Shown here: in pieces, positions 63,705 to 64,000 of the stretch
Numbering within the stretch: the first letter of the stretch is position 1
How the letters are laid out: the number at the start of each line of letters is the position of its first letter
NCBI GenBank assembly: GCA_048013815.1
Contig: CM106586.1
Coordinates: forward strand, 5,890,001-5,954,000
Source: Setoptus koraiensis
Taxonomy: Eukaryota > Animalia > Arthropoda
Direction of reading: 5' to 3'
DNA length: 64,000 nucleotides
Notes under the pieces: model-generated
Database searches by the model: none
Told to the model about the DNA's origin: nothing
The model's input: the letters and a program-made list of their open reading frames with translations, nothing else
Program-made: the position numbers and the translations under genes

Positions 63705-64000
63705 CCTGCATCATTTAGTCTACATCATACACAGTCTAGACGGCAATACACATGCGACAGTGCCGACAGTGCCGACAGCACCGGAAGTGACCGTCAATTG
63801 TCAATTGTGAATTTGGCGGTCATTTGTGCGAGCAAAATATTAGCTATACTGCATTGGCATGTCAGTGTTTACTTTTGGGCCACTGTTAAGCCACCATACC
63901 ATACATTACGTACACTACCTATGTTATGTTACGTAACATCAGCAACATATCGGCGTGACATTGGGCCCGTTATGTTATTGCTATAGCCTAATAGTCGCTA

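Overview
Eukaryotic (arthropod-like) genomic DNA with spliceosomal introns and dense CAA/CAG/TTG microsatellites. The composition suggests a mite, but that is inference only. No prokaryotic genes, rRNA, tRNA, CRISPR arrays or intact transposases were recognised. Three protein-coding genes are supported. (1) A minus-strand storkhead-box gene (STOX1 / Drosophila knockout-like) in three exons (32579-32120, 7392-4285, 4160-445; about 2427 aa), with a 24.7-kb first intron and large low-complexity expansions. (2) A plus-strand ING3-like gene (33458-35841), head-to-head with STOX. (3) A minus-strand Rhes/RASD-like small GTPase (37680-36434), tail-to-tail with ING3; its P-loop exon was not found in the window. 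The main discovery is that ING3 carries an in-frame copy of about 750 bp of the neighbouring GTPase gene, including its intron, at about 93% exonic identity. This makes a chimeric ING3 and a long inverted repeat (34009-34762 / 36541-37304) that brackets the 3' ends of both genes. Recombination across it could swap the PHD finger and the CAAX tail in frame, and read-through could give hairpin RNA. The rest of the window is largely intronic or non-coding, with short tandem arrays, overlapping palindromes, a 4x AP-1 site cluster and a strong regional enrichment of GGGCCC in 40-64 kb.
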